Source of the DNA: Deltaproteobacteria bacterium
GTDB taxonomy: Bacteria > Desulfobacterota > Desulfobacteria > Desulfobacterales > ETH-SRB1
DNA length: 41,140 nucleotides
Direction: 5' to 3'
Assembly (NCBI GenBank): GCA_049190315.1
Contig: JAIVWD010000003.1
Location: 1 to 41,140, forward strand
Made by a program: the position numbers and the translations under genes. This document shows positions 14,172 through 23,676 of this stretch, piece after piece. How positions within the stretch are numbered: the stretch's first letter is position 1; the number at the start of each line of letters is the position of its first letter. The notes under the pieces were generated by a model. The model saw nothing but the letters and a program-made list of their open reading frames with translations, was not told where the DNA came from and did not search any database.

Positions 14172-14762
14172 CTAGTTAAATTCCTTTATTTTTTCAGCGA
14201 TCTGAGGTTTTAAACGTTTATAAATATCTGCAGCATTTGTTACGCCGCCGCAAACACCGCGTGATGTAACAGTGGCTCCGGATATGGCGTCGATCCCTCC
14301 GCCGTCCGGTTTGACCTTGCAGGGTTCAATTGCGGCTAATCCCTTGAATTGATTTGAAAAGTTAGGATCTGTTTGTGCCTTGGAACCTATGCCCGGCGTT
14401 TCACTGTGGGTGGTTACACCCATGCCGACAATCTTGTCGTCATCTATGTTTATACCAACCATAAGGCCGATATCACCGCCAAAACCCTTTCCAATGCCTT
14501 CAAATGCAATTGTATTAGCCTTTCCGTCGAATACACCTACAAAGAAGCTTCTTTCAATATCGCCGTCCTTGATTTTAAAGCGGTCAACAATAGGATCATT
14601 GGAACATCCTTCAAGAATAGTCCTTATTGCAGGCCCTTTAACAAAGACTAACTGCTGGTATTCGATTTTATCTTTAGTTCCTCCGCGGATTGCGGCAAGA
14701 AGGCCTCCCGAGAAAGCGCTTAATACAGTTAGGACTACGACCATTTTTATTATTTCACGCAT
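14172..14762 (-). CDS. rnfG: Rnf complex subunit G (FMN-binding)
   Basis: An N-terminal TM helix, HSETPGIGSK and the flavinylation motif SGATVTS. Confidence 0.88.
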   Translation of the reverse strand: MREIIKMVVVLTVLSAFSGGLLAAIRGGTKDKIEYQQLVFVKGPAIRTILEGCSNDPIVDRFKIKDGDIERSFFVGVFDGKANTIAFEGIGKGFGGDIGLMVGINIDDDKIVGMGVTTHSETPGIGSKAQTDPNFSNQFKGLAAIEPCKVKPDGGGIDAISGATVTSRGVCGGVTNAADIYKRLKPQIAEKIKEFN

Positions 14763-14763
14763 T

Positions 14764-15723
14764 TTAAGCTACCTTTCCAATCGCTTTTGGTCTGATCTTA
14801 TCTAAAAGCGGATTTACAAGGTTCATAATCAGGATCGCAAAGATCACGCCATCAACATAGACACCGATATTTCTGATGAGTACGGTCAAGAAACCTGCGC
14901 TGGCGCCGTAAATAAGCATTGGAATAAAATTGACCGGTGAAGAGGAATCTTCGGTTGCAAGAAAAAAGGCGCCAATCAAAGTGTAACCGGCAAAAAGATG
15001 AACAACCGGGCCCGCGTAATGCGCAGGATCGTTCAGGTTAAATATCAGGGCGGTTATAAAGATACCGGCTAAAAAGGAAATTGATATTTCCCACCTGATG
15101 ATTCCTCTGATAATAAGATAGATTCCGCCGGCAATAAGGCCAAGACCAAAGGTAGAGCCTATTCCTCCAGACTGTTTGCCCATTAAAAGATCACCCATGC
15201 TGAATGAATCAACAGCAGATACGCCAAAATGTTTCAGAGCGGCAAGGGGATAGACCATGGCAAAATCGAAATCGTAATTTATAAGTGCTTCGTTAAAATC
15301 AAAGATGTCTCTCCATGATATCATGAGAATGGCAATAGCAACAACTACGGGATTAAAAGGATTAGCTCCGATTCCGCCGTAGATCTGTTTCCCGATAATA
15401 ACGGCAACAAATGTTCCAAGGATTACAAGCCACCACGGTGCTGTTGCAGGCAAAAGCATGCCGAATATCATCCCGATAATGGCTGCGCTGCCGTCTCCAA
15501 TAGTAACTGAATGTTTTGTTACACGACAGAACACAAATTCCCAGATAATTGCGGAGGAGATGGAAAGTGACACAACACCGACAGCCGGCATACCATAGTA
15601 AATAATGCCAAGCAGTATTGCAGGGAGAGCCGCAAGTGCTATATTATAATTTCGTGTAGATATTCTGCTTCCATCATGCCAGAAAGGGGCATGGGAAACT
15701 ATGAATTTGTTATTATCAGCCAT
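14764..15723 (-). CDS. rnfD: Rnf complex subunit D
   Basis: A polytopic membrane protein (SHAPFWHDG..., SGGIGSTFGLGL). The start is moved to ATG 15723 (MADNNK), which has GGAGG 6 nt upstream. It overlaps the rnfC stop. Confidence 0.88.
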   Translation of the reverse strand: MADNNKFIVSHAPFWHDGSRISTRNYNIALAALPAILLGIIYYGMPAVGVVSLSISSAIIWEFVFCRVTKHSVTIGDGSAAIIGMIFGMLLPATAPWWLVILGTFVAVIIGKQIYGGIGANPFNPVVVAIAILMISWRDIFDFNEALINYDFDFAMVYPLAALKHFGVSAVDSFSMGDLLMGKQSGGIGSTFGLGLIAGGIYLIIRGIIRWEISISFLAGIFITALIFNLNDPAHYAGPVVHLFAGYTLIGAFFLATEDSSSPVNFIPMLIYGASAGFLTVLIRNIGVYVDGVIFAILIMNLVNPLLDKIRPKAIGKVA

Positions 15724-16993
15724 TAGTTGCCTCCGCTGTATTTGCCCTGTCAAGCTCATATTTTGCCGACCTTATATACTGAAATATCGGCATTCCAGAT
15801 ACACAAACATAACTGCAAAGACCGCATTCAATGCATGAATACAGATCGTACTGATCCGCTGCTTCTTGATATTGTCCGGTTTCAAGAAACCGGACAAGCA
15901 GGTTAATCTGAATATTTGCAGGGCATATCCTTATGCATTCGCCGCAGTTTGTGCAGGGGTAATCTGAAATAACAGGTATGTCATCTCTATCCTGGACAAT
16001 AATGGCATCGGTGTCAGGCTGAACCGGATGATCCTCTGAATAGACAGAAGAGCCTGTCATGGGGCCGCCGAATATTATCCTGTCATTTTCGTTCAAAGTA
16101 ATATTAAGAGCCGTGAATATATCGCTTGCCGGTGTTCCGATTCTGGCCGATACAAGTGATTTAGAGCCATCTTTATTAACAAGCGTAAAGGTTTTTGTTA
16201 CAGGTAGTTGCCCGCTGTTAAAAGCATTTCCTATAGATGCAACTGCTTCAGCGCTGATAAAACAGACACCGATATCTTCAGGATTTTTTCCCGCCGGCAC
16301 CACCTTGCCCAGGATATCTTTCATAATAAGATGCGGGAGCGCCGATGGATATGTATCATTAACCTGTTTTACTTTTTCACCGGTTGTGGAGAGTTCGTGC
16401 ATCTGGTTCTGTGAAGCGACCATTATAATATCATTAACTCTGCTTGCCGCTTTCAGGATGCTTAATCCATTTTTTATTGCATCAATATCGGATTTAACAA
16501 TATACCGGTTTGTTGTTATTAATAGATCGCTGTCAGCACAACAAACAACGATAGTATTTATAGATTTGTCTTTGTCGGAAAACAACTTAACCGGAGGATT
16601 ACCCGGAGCAAATGCAAGAAAATTTTTGATGGTTTCAAGAGAAGCATCCTTTGAGATATCCTTGAACTCATCATCTATTTCTTCATCATCAGCCACCTCA
16701 ATTGTGATGGCGGTGTAAGATCGGCCAAAGTCACCTGTATAAGAGGAAATTGATGATACTTGTCCTGTAACACTTGAAACAACATATTCATCACTTTCCT
16801 TGTAGAGTAAAAGCTTCTGGCCGGTCTTAACAGTCGCTTTTTTCTTAAATAACAGGTTTTTTTTGTCAAATGGACAATTTGATAAAAGGGTAATCTCTTT
16901 TGGGGTCGGGATTTGCTTAAGGGAAGGCGTATCTGCAACAGATCCATATTCAAGACGTGGTTTTAACAAACCAATAAAAGATCTTTTTATCAT
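15716..16993 (-). CDS. rnfC: Rnf complex subunit C (NADH-binding, 2x[4Fe-4S])
   Basis: CTNCGECIRICP and CIECGLCSYVC ferredoxin motifs. The size and operon position fit RnfC. Confidence 0.88.
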   Translation of the reverse strand: MIKRSFIGLLKPRLEYGSVADTPSLKQIPTPKEITLLSNCPFDKKNLLFKKKATVKTGQKLLLYKESDEYVVSSVTGQVSSISSYTGDFGRSYTAITIEVADDEEIDDEFKDISKDASLETIKNFLAFAPGNPPVKLFSDKDKSINTIVVCCADSDLLITTNRYIVKSDIDAIKNGLSILKAASRVNDIIMVASQNQMHELSTTGEKVKQVNDTYPSALPHLIMKDILGKVVPAGKNPEDIGVCFISAEAVASIGNAFNSGQLPVTKTFTLVNKDGSKSLVSARIGTPASDIFTALNITLNENDRIIFGGPMTGSSVYSEDHPVQPDTDAIIVQDRDDIPVISDYPCTNCGECIRICPANIQINLLVRFLETGQYQEAADQYDLYSCIECGLCSYVCVSGMPIFQYIRSAKYELDRANTAEATNG

Positions 16994-17112
16994 AGTTCAA
17001 CCTTTCTTAGCTCTCAACTCACTCGCTTCGCATGAGTGCTATCAATGGCGGTCAGGCCATACAGGCAGCAAAGCGGACGGGTTTTTTTATTCAATTAGCA
17101 AAAAACTATCTG

Positions 17113-17493
17113 TTACATGACATGGCATAATTCACATTTTTCAGGGCCGGCTCCAGCTTCATTATGACAGCCGATACATTGCGTATGAAATGCATCAGCC
17201 CTGCCTGGAACATCTTCGTCCTGGCTTTCAGGTTCATGACATTCTCCGCACGCCTGTGGATCTGTTTCACCTTCTTCAAGATTATGATGACAGTCACTGC
17301 ATGAAAAGCCGTAACCTGATTCTACGGTATGTGTCTTGTGATCAAATAAAATCTTTCCTGCGACACATTTAAACATTAACCTGACCGGTTGATCCGGAGT
17401 TTTTGCAGAAAAAGCGCTATAACTTAGAACACCCACAACCAACAAAATAATAGCCAGGCCGTAAGCTATCTGAAGTTCTTTGTTAGATTTCAT
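17113..17493 (-). CDS. Membrane-anchored tetrahaem cytochrome c (c3-like)
   Basis: Four CxxCH motifs (CSDCH, CGECH, CIGCH, CELCH) and an N-terminal hydrophobic anchor. Confidence 0.85.
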   Translation of the reverse strand: MKSNKELQIAYGLAIILLVVGVLSYSAFSAKTPDQPVRLMFKCVAGKILFDHKTHTVESGYGFSCSDCHHNLEEGETDPQACGECHEPESQDEDVPGRADAFHTQCIGCHNEAGAGPEKCELCHVM

Positions 17494-17619
17494 ATTCTAT
17501 CCTTTATCCTTTCAAAAGCGTCATATTTGCAAAAGTGGGTGTAAGCCTAAACTTGGATTTTATACCATAATAATAAGAATGCTTTCAAGCAAAAAAGTTA
17601 TGGAACCAAAGGGTAGTTT

Positions 17620-18090
17620 TTATTCAACTATCCAGACAGTACAATCTTTTATATTCTGTACAATCTTATTGGATACGCTTCCCAATACAAAGGAAGCGGT
17701 GGCGGACAATCCTCTACGTCCCACCACAACTGTGTCATATTTTCCTTTTCCTATCTCTGCTATGATATCCCTGGCAATCCCAACAATCTTGTTTTGCATT
17801 TTTACTTCAACAGTGTCGTCAGGAAATCCCGCATTCTTTAAAATGGTCCGGCATTCCTCTATTCTTGATTCCGCCTTCTTTTTTTCCTCATCGACCATCC
17901 ATCTCAGTTCAACAACCTTTTCTGAAAATAACGGCTGTTGGAGGTCTTTTTCCATCTTTTCCAGATTTGAAGACATTGTCGGCAATACGCTAAACAAGGT
18001 TATATTTACTGTGGGCTTAACAGCGGAAGCCACATAATTGACAACTTTTATTGCATAATCTGAATCATCTATGGCAATGAGCATCTTCAT
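17620..18090 (-). CDS. Universal stress protein (UspA family)
   Basis: MKMLIAIDDSDYA..., DTVVVGRRG and GSVSNKIV motifs. The start is set at ATG 18090, which has GGAG upstream. Confidence 0.8.
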   Translation of the reverse strand: MKMLIAIDDSDYAIKVVNYVASAVKPTVNITLFSVLPTMSSNLEKMEKDLQQPLFSEKVVELRWMVDEEKKKAESRIEECRTILKNAGFPDDTVEVKMQNKIVGIARDIIAEIGKGKYDTVVVGRRGLSATASFVLGSVSNKIVQNIKDCTVWIVE

Positions 18091-18110
18091 GGTTGTTTTT
18101 TCTCCATATT

Positions 18111-18911
18111 TTAAGTGACTACCAAGCTCTGAATAATTCCGGTCGGACATTTTTCAAAACACTCGCCACACCCCGTGCATTTATCACCGTCAACGATCGC
18201 CAGGAATTTATCAACTATTATAGCCTTTTCCGGGCATGCTTTTTTACATTTTCCACAGCCCAGACAGCCAATATTGCATATTGCCTTAACAATTTTTCCG
18301 CCGTCATGGGAACTGCAAAGAGTTGCAACTTTTTGCGATTCTTTTATCAGCGTAGGAATATGGCGAGGACAGATATCTACACATGTGCCGCAACCAGTGC
18401 AGAGTTCTATGTTTACTACAGGCAGGCCATCTTCTCCCATTGTCAAGGCACCAAACGGACAATTTGTAACACAGGTGCCAAGACCAAGGCAGCCATAACT
18501 ACAAGTTTTGTCTCCTCCTGAAAGCAGAACAGCCGCCCGGCAGTCTGATACGCCTTTGTAATTGTATTTTCGTTCTGCAGCGCTATGGGTGCCCTTGCAA
18601 AATATATTGATTATATCCCTTTCGGCCGCGTCAGCGGATACTCCGAGAACAGCGGCAACCGCATCTGTCACGTCATCGCCACCGGCCTTACAGGCATTAG
18701 GCGGGGCTTCGCCTGCCACCATAGCAACAGCACAATCGCTGCAGCCGGCATAGCCGCATCCTCCACAGTTTGCGCCGGGAAGGCACTCATCTACTGCAAC
18801 AACTTTTGGATCAACATACACATAAAAAACTTTTGACGCAATTCCCAGTACAATACTCAGTGCCAGGCCGATGCCGCCCATTGCCACCATCGCATTTAAT
18901 ATGGGTCCCAT
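18111..18911 (-). CDS. rnfB: Rnf complex subunit B (polyferredoxin)
   Basis: An N-terminal TM helix, CGGCGYAGC and multiple CxxCxxCxxxCP clusters. The likely start is ATG 18911, with GGAGGTG 9 nt upstream. The ORF track extends to a GTG at 18923. Confidence 0.88.
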   Translation of the reverse strand: MGPILNAMVAMGGIGLALSIVLGIASKVFYVYVDPKVVAVDECLPGANCGGCGYAGCSDCAVAMVAGEAPPNACKAGGDDVTDAVAAVLGVSADAAERDIINIFCKGTHSAAERKYNYKGVSDCRAAVLLSGGDKTCSYGCLGLGTCVTNCPFGALTMGEDGLPVVNIELCTGCGTCVDICPRHIPTLIKESQKVATLCSSHDGGKIVKAICNIGCLGCGKCKKACPEKAIIVDKFLAIVDGDKCTGCGECFEKCPTGIIQSLVVT

Positions 18912-18937
18912 GAAATTTGTCACCTCCAGTTAGCTAT

Positions 18938-18955
18938 AACCTAAGTTGAGCGATT
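18938..18955 (+). repeat. 18-nt exact direct repeat AACCTAAGTTGAGCGATT, copy 2 (27 nt upstream of the rnfB start)
   Basis: Identical to 11921-11938 and in the same orientation. Confidence 0.9.
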
Positions 18956-19204
18956 ACTTAAACCAATAAAATTGTTCTCCTGTTGTCGCAAATACCCCCT
19001 TTGTTTTTATAAACATATGGCTCGCCATGTATTGATTTGTCGGGATAATAACCTTGCGGGAGGGGGCGTTTTGCAAAGGTATTGTAAAAAAGATTGCTTA
19101 GAAAAATAACTGGTTTCATAAACTTAAATTTAGGTTTGTTTAATTTTGAGTATAGTGTTGAAATTTTTTAAACTTTAAAAAAGCTACAATAAACTGTCCA
19201 ATTT

Positions 19205-19365
19205 GTCAAGTGAAAAATAGTGCAACTGAAGCTGATTTGGCTTGACAGTTAGGCATTCTTTTTGATAAGTAATTTTTCATTAAGGTGCTGAGTAAAAGAT
19301 ATAAGAATATTTGTGGTAATAACTATGAAGGGCAGATAGGGATAAAAAAAGTACTTCTTTAAAAG
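19205..19365 (+). repeat. Decayed duplicate of the cytochrome c3 promoter/5' UTR/start region (partner 23541-23700)
   Basis: About 160 bp align by eye with 23541-23700, including GATTTGGCTTGACAGTnAGGCATTCTTTT and AAGAATATTT. TTGACA (19242-19247)-17-ATAAGT is retained. The SD and ATG are mutated (GGGATAAAAAAAGTA vs GGGATGAAAAAAAGTA). Confidence 0.75.
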
Positions 19366-19828
19366 AAACCTTTTTTTATAAGCCTGCGATTGTTGAGATT
19401 GTGAAAGATGTTAAGGGGAGCAATCAATTATTCTTTTTTTTGGCATTTATTTTTTGGCAATATCTGTTTGTAGTTTTTTTTTACGAGGTAGGAATAATTT
19501 TAAACTCTACCCTTTAATTTATGTAAGCAATATTCATGCCTATACATGCAGAACGTATTGCTGTCTGATTTTAGGTTGCGTTGCCTGCAATAGAGTTCCT
19601 GAATAACAAACGGCGTGGATACAAAAATGTCTGATTATTGGACACTTATTAACCGGTTTTCGAGAACATATTTATATTATTAGATAATATTATGTACAAT
19701 AATTAAACACCATTCTGTATGCCTTATCTGTATCTAACGAAGAGGCTTGTATCCCCTTGAAAATTAACGGGGTTTGATAAGGGAAACGTTTTTGCAATGG
19801 TTTTATATTTTGAGGAGGTAACAGGTAG

Positions 19829-21364
19829 ATGAGACTTGGAAAATGGATAGCTATAATTTTCTTACTAAGTATTTTTGCGTTTTTGGTTCCGGCCATGGCC
19901 ACCGATCAAGAGGCTGCGGCCACGCATGACACAGAACATGGCTCTACTCACGGAGCAGAGCATGCTGTTGCAGAAACCGGCCATGGAGATGCAGGTCATG
20001 GTGGTCACGGAGGACATATCAATCTTGGAGAGGTGCTTAAGCTCTGGAGCTGTATTCCTTTTGCATGCATGCTCCTTTCCATAGCACTCTTTCCACTTCT
20101 GGCTCCAAAATTCTGGCATCACCATTTTGGCAAGGTTTCAGCTTTTTGGGCGGCATGTCTGGCCATTCCGTTTTTGATCGCTTTTAAGGGCACTGCCGTG
20201 TATGAGATTCTCCATATCATCCTTGCCGACTATGTGCCCTTTATTATCCTTCTCTGGGCGCTTTACACTATTTCCGGCGGGATCCTGCTTAAAGGCACAT
20301 TGCGCGGGACGCCTATGGTAAATACTATTATAATACTTATCGGCACAGTGCTTGCTTCGTGGATGGGCACAACAGGTGCCGCCATGCTGTTGATCCGCCC
20401 ATTCTTAAAGGCGAATGACTACCGGAAAAACAGAACATTTATGGTGGTCTTTTTCATCTTTCTCGTTGCAAACGTAGGGGGCTCATTGACTCCACTCGGT
20501 GATCCACCCCTTTTCCTGGGTTTTCTTCACGGGGTCGACTTTTTCTGGACAATGAAGATAATGCCGCATATGCTTGTAACAGCCGGTATCTTGCTGGTGA
20601 TTTACTTCTTCCTTGATTCATACCATTTTAAAAAAGAAGGCTTGACCGCTGCCCCTGTGGAAGAGGGGGAAAAAGAACCATTGAAATTAGTAGGAACACA
20701 TAACTTCATTTTTCTCGGCGGCGTTGTCGGAGCAGTGCTCATTAGCGGAATAGTGGACTGGGGTGAAGTAACTACATTAGGAATTCACCGGGCAGTGCAG
20801 GACTGGTCGCGGGATAGTTTTCTTATTTTGATGGGTATGCTCTCATTGTGGACTACATCGAAAAGATTGCGTGAGGACAACGACTTTAGCTGGTTTCCGA
20901 TTGTTGAAGTTGCCTATCTCTTTATCGGGATATTTATTACCATGGTCCCGTGCCTTCTTATACTAAAGGCAGGCTTAAAAGGGGAGCTGGCATTTTTGAT
21001 CGCTGCGGTAAAGGAGCCGGTGCATTACTTCTGGGTTACGGGTGCTCTTTCCGGTTTTCTTGATAATGCTCCGACCTATCTCACATTTTTTAATACCGCT
21101 CTTGGAGCCTTTTATCCTGGGATGCCGGAGGCTCAGGCCGTTCCTCTTCTTATGACGGAAACCTCGATCTATTTGAAGGCGATCTCTGCGGGCGCGGTCT
21201 TTTTTGGCGCTTTCAGCTATATTGGGAATGCGCCTAACTTTATGGTGCGGTCGATTGCAGAAGAGGGAGGCACACCAATGCCGAGCTTCTTTGGTTATAT
21301 ATTGAAATATTCTCTGGTCTTCTTGTTTCCAACCTTTGTGGTTGTAACTTTAATCTTCTTTTAA
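19829..21364 (+). CDS. Polytopic ion transporter (ArsB/NhaD-type permease superfamily) with a His-rich N-terminal segment
   Basis: About 12 predicted TM segments; composition and length are like the sodium:proton antiporter/citrate-transporter families. After the signal/anchor helix comes THDTEHGSTHGAEHAVAETGHGDAGHGGHGGH. Confidence 0.55.
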   Translation: MRLGKWIAIIFLLSIFAFLVPAMATDQEAAATHDTEHGSTHGAEHAVAETGHGDAGHGGHGGHINLGEVLKLWSCIPFACMLLSIALFPLLAPKFWHHHFGKVSAFWAACLAIPFLIAFKGTAVYEILHIILADYVPFIILLWALYTISGGILLKGTLRGTPMVNTIIILIGTVLASWMGTTGAAMLLIRPFLKANDYRKNRTFMVVFFIFLVANVGGSLTPLGDPPLFLGFLHGVDFFWTMKIMPHMLVTAGILLVIYFFLDSYHFKKEGLTAAPVEEGEKEPLKLVGTHNFIFLGGVVGAVLISGIVDWGEVTTLGIHRAVQDWSRDSFLILMGMLSLWTTSKRLREDNDFSWFPIVEVAYLFIGIFITMVPCLLILKAGLKGELAFLIAAVKEPVHYFWVTGALSGFLDNAPTYLTFFNTALGAFYPGMPEAQAVPLLMTETSIYLKAISAGAVFFGAFSYIGNAPNFMVRSIAEEGGTPMPSFFGYILKYSLVFLFPTFVVVTLIFF

Positions 21365-21379
21365 AGACAGGAGTACATT

Positions 21380-22267
21380 ATGGAATTTAAAAAGATTTTA
21401 TTTCCTACAAAATTTAGGGAGCTGGCATTTAACTCACTGGAATCCATTCTGGAACTCAAAAAAGCCGGTCTCAAAGAGATTGTGCTGACCTATATTATTC
21501 CAAGAGATGAGGTCGCGTTTGTGCCGTTTGGCGGATATATGAAGGACGAGGAAGAACGCTTGAGAGAGCAGGCAAGAATCCGTTTTGAAAACTGGCAGGA
21601 AGCTGTATCGGCAGAGGGGATTGAGAGTAAGATCAGAATTGAGGTGGGAAATCCCGTTCCAAAGCTTTTGCGTATCGCTGAAGAAGAAAAAGTCGATCTT
21701 ATTATAGCCGGCAGAAAAAAGAGAACAGTGCTTGGAAAGGTCTATGTTGGATCGCACACTCTGGAACTTGTACGCCGGAGTACTATTCCTGTTCTGGTAA
21801 GCAAATATATGGTGCGGTTTGAATGGGAGGGTGATCTGATTACCCGTGTAAACGATCACATTTTTACTGCTCCTCTTCTTGCTACTGACTGGTCCGAGCC
21901 ATCTGAAAAAGCACTTAAGCTTGTCTCGTCTTTTAAAGGATTGGCTGACAAGGTAATGGTAACCCACATAATCGGAGTCAAAATCTCCAAAGGGCTTGAC
22001 AAGTCGGAATTAAATCGTATTGAAAAAGAGAGCAAAGAGCGTTTGGAAAAATATTGCGACAGGTTAAAGAAAGATGGGATCAATGCTGAGCCCCACCTGT
22101 TTTCCGGGCGAAGCGCTCATGAGATTGTAAGGGTGGCACGGGAGCACAAGGCCAGCATGATCGTTATGGGAACCACTGGCAAGGACCGCTTCAAGGAGTT
22201 CTGGCTGGGAAGTGTTTCTCACCGTGTAACAGAGGAATCGGAACTTCCTGTACTTTTGGTGCCATAA
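21380..22267 (+). CDS. Tandem-domain universal stress protein
   Basis: Two Usp repeats, each ending in a G-x-x-G...GS motif (IIAGRKK...VGSHTLELV; VMGTTGKDRF...LGSVSHRV). Confidence 0.8.
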   Translation: MEFKKILFPTKFRELAFNSLESILELKKAGLKEIVLTYIIPRDEVAFVPFGGYMKDEEERLREQARIRFENWQEAVSAEGIESKIRIEVGNPVPKLLRIAEEEKVDLIIAGRKKRTVLGKVYVGSHTLELVRRSTIPVLVSKYMVRFEWEGDLITRVNDHIFTAPLLATDWSEPSEKALKLVSSFKGLADKVMVTHIIGVKISKGLDKSELNRIEKESKERLEKYCDRLKKDGINAEPHLFSGRSAHEIVRVAREHKASMIVMGTTGKDRFKEFWLGSVSHRVTEESELPVLLVP

Positions 22268-22354
22268 CAATAAAATAAAAAAGCTGTTAGCTGTTAGCCA
22301 TTAGCTGTTTGATTTTTTAAGCTAAAGGCTAATTGCTAAAAGCTAACTGCTACA

Positions 22355-22395
22355 TAAAAAAAGGGCGGATAAACGAATTTCCGCCCTTTTTATTT
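22355..22395. terminator. Bidirectional intrinsic terminator between usp (+) and apbE (-)
   Basis: GGGCGGA (22363-22369) / TCCGCCC (22380-22386), flanked by an A-run upstream and a T-run downstream. Confidence 0.75.
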
Positions 22396-22413
22396 TTGAG
22401 TCTGTTTTATGAA

Positions 22414-23472
22414 TTATTTTGTTATGTTATTCCATCCCGATGATCGGTACTTTCGTCCACCTTTTGCAATAATCAATGCCTCTACGTTTGATAACGAACC
22501 GGCAAGATTAATGCTCTCTTTTGGGGTATGAATAAAAAGAGCTGTTGAGAGAGCATCTGCCTGCATAACGGTAGGAGCAAGGACTGTAGCACTTATTGTC
22601 TGAACCGGTGAATCTCCGGTTGATGTATCAATGATATGGTGATGAACTTTATCTTTATCAAAATAGTTTTCATAATTGCCGGACGTAGCCACTGCACCGT
22701 TATTCAGCTCAAACAATTCAGTAACTTCTCTTTTCTCCAAAGGATCTTTTATTCCAATTTTCCAGGCTTTATTGGGACCGTTTCCTCCAATAACTCTAAC
22801 GTCACCTCCGGCATTGATCAGGGCGTATTTTATTCCGTTTAATTTTATAAGATTTGCTGCCTGATCAATAATGTAACCTTTTGCTATACCATCCAGGGAG
22901 ATCTGCATTCCATCCTTGAGCAATCTTACGCCCTGTTTGTTGTTTATTTTAATGTTTTCAAAATTAACAAGTTTCATCTTCTCATTTATCTGTTTCACCG
23001 ATGGGGAAGAACCTGTTGATTCATAGGATTTTTTATACAGCTCTAAAACAGGAAGAACTGTAATGTCAAATGTACCTTTACTAATATAATTATAAAAGGC
23101 GCTTTGATGCAGGACATCTGCTAATTCAGGAGAAATATCTTTTAAAAAGCCTTTTTGATTGAGCCAGCTCACAGGAGTATTATCAGCATGTCGATTAAAA
23201 ATTTTCTCAAGTTCTGTCATCTTTACAAAAGCTTGTTCAACGTTTTTTTCAGCTTTATCGCGGGATGAATCTGCAATAGTTATAGTTACAATTGTCCCCA
23301 TAAGCGGACGAGTTCTGCTTATGGAATGAAGATTGTCAAGATGTTTGCCTTCGGCCGGTTTAGCAATTATAGTCGGGACAGCTAATCCTAAACCGAATAC
23401 ACCCATTAGTTTGAGACAATTTCTACGGTTTACAATTTTTTCCCTGCTTTTTTTAATGGAATCCTGTTGCAT
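22414..23472 (-). CDS. apbE: FAD:protein FMN transferase ApbE (Tat-signal lipoprotein-like)
   Basis: Tat-like RRNCLKLMGVFGLGLAV, LMGT, DGIAKGY, GGD and TSG motifs typical of ApbE. Confidence 0.85.
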   Translation of the reverse strand: MQQDSIKKSREKIVNRRNCLKLMGVFGLGLAVPTIIAKPAEGKHLDNLHSISRTRPLMGTIVTITIADSSRDKAEKNVEQAFVKMTELEKIFNRHADNTPVSWLNQKGFLKDISPELADVLHQSAFYNYISKGTFDITVLPVLELYKKSYESTGSSPSVKQINEKMKLVNFENIKINNKQGVRLLKDGMQISLDGIAKGYIIDQAANLIKLNGIKYALINAGGDVRVIGGNGPNKAWKIGIKDPLEKREVTELFELNNGAVATSGNYENYFDKDKVHHHIIDTSTGDSPVQTISATVLAPTVMQADALSTALFIHTPKESINLAGSLSNVEALIIAKGGRKYRSSGWNNITK

Positions 23473-23577
23473 TTTTCTCCCCCCTACAAGGTCTGTTACA
23501 ATAAAATGACCATCGATATGTATCTCATAAGCACTTATTAGTCAAGTAAAATTTAGTGCAATACAAGTTGATTTGGC

Positions 23578-23605
23578 TTGACAGTCAGGCATTCTTTTGA
23601 TAAAT
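23578..23605 (+). promoter_or_regulatory. Sigma70-type promoter of the cytochrome c3 gene
   Basis: TTGACA (23578-23583)-16 nt-ATAAAT (23600-23605). It is conserved in the paralogous copy at 19242-19270. Confidence 0.5.
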
Positions 23606-23676
23606 GATTTTAAATAAAATGCCGAATAAAAAGATTAAGAATATTTATGATAATAATAATTGGGAGGCGGACAGGG

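Noticed and set aside
13150-16718. Plus-strand ORFs of 100-220 aa inside the rnf operon (13150-13548, 14380-14805, 16059-16718, 17480-18037, 18093-18521).
   Set aside because: All are antisense to strongly supported rnf, usp or cytochrome genes and encode low-complexity, motif-free sequence.
19441-19460. TGGCATTTATTTTTTGGCAA looks like a sigma-54 -24/-12 element.
   Set aside because: The GG-to-GC spacing is about 15 nt instead of the required 12. No enhancer-binding-protein context is visible.
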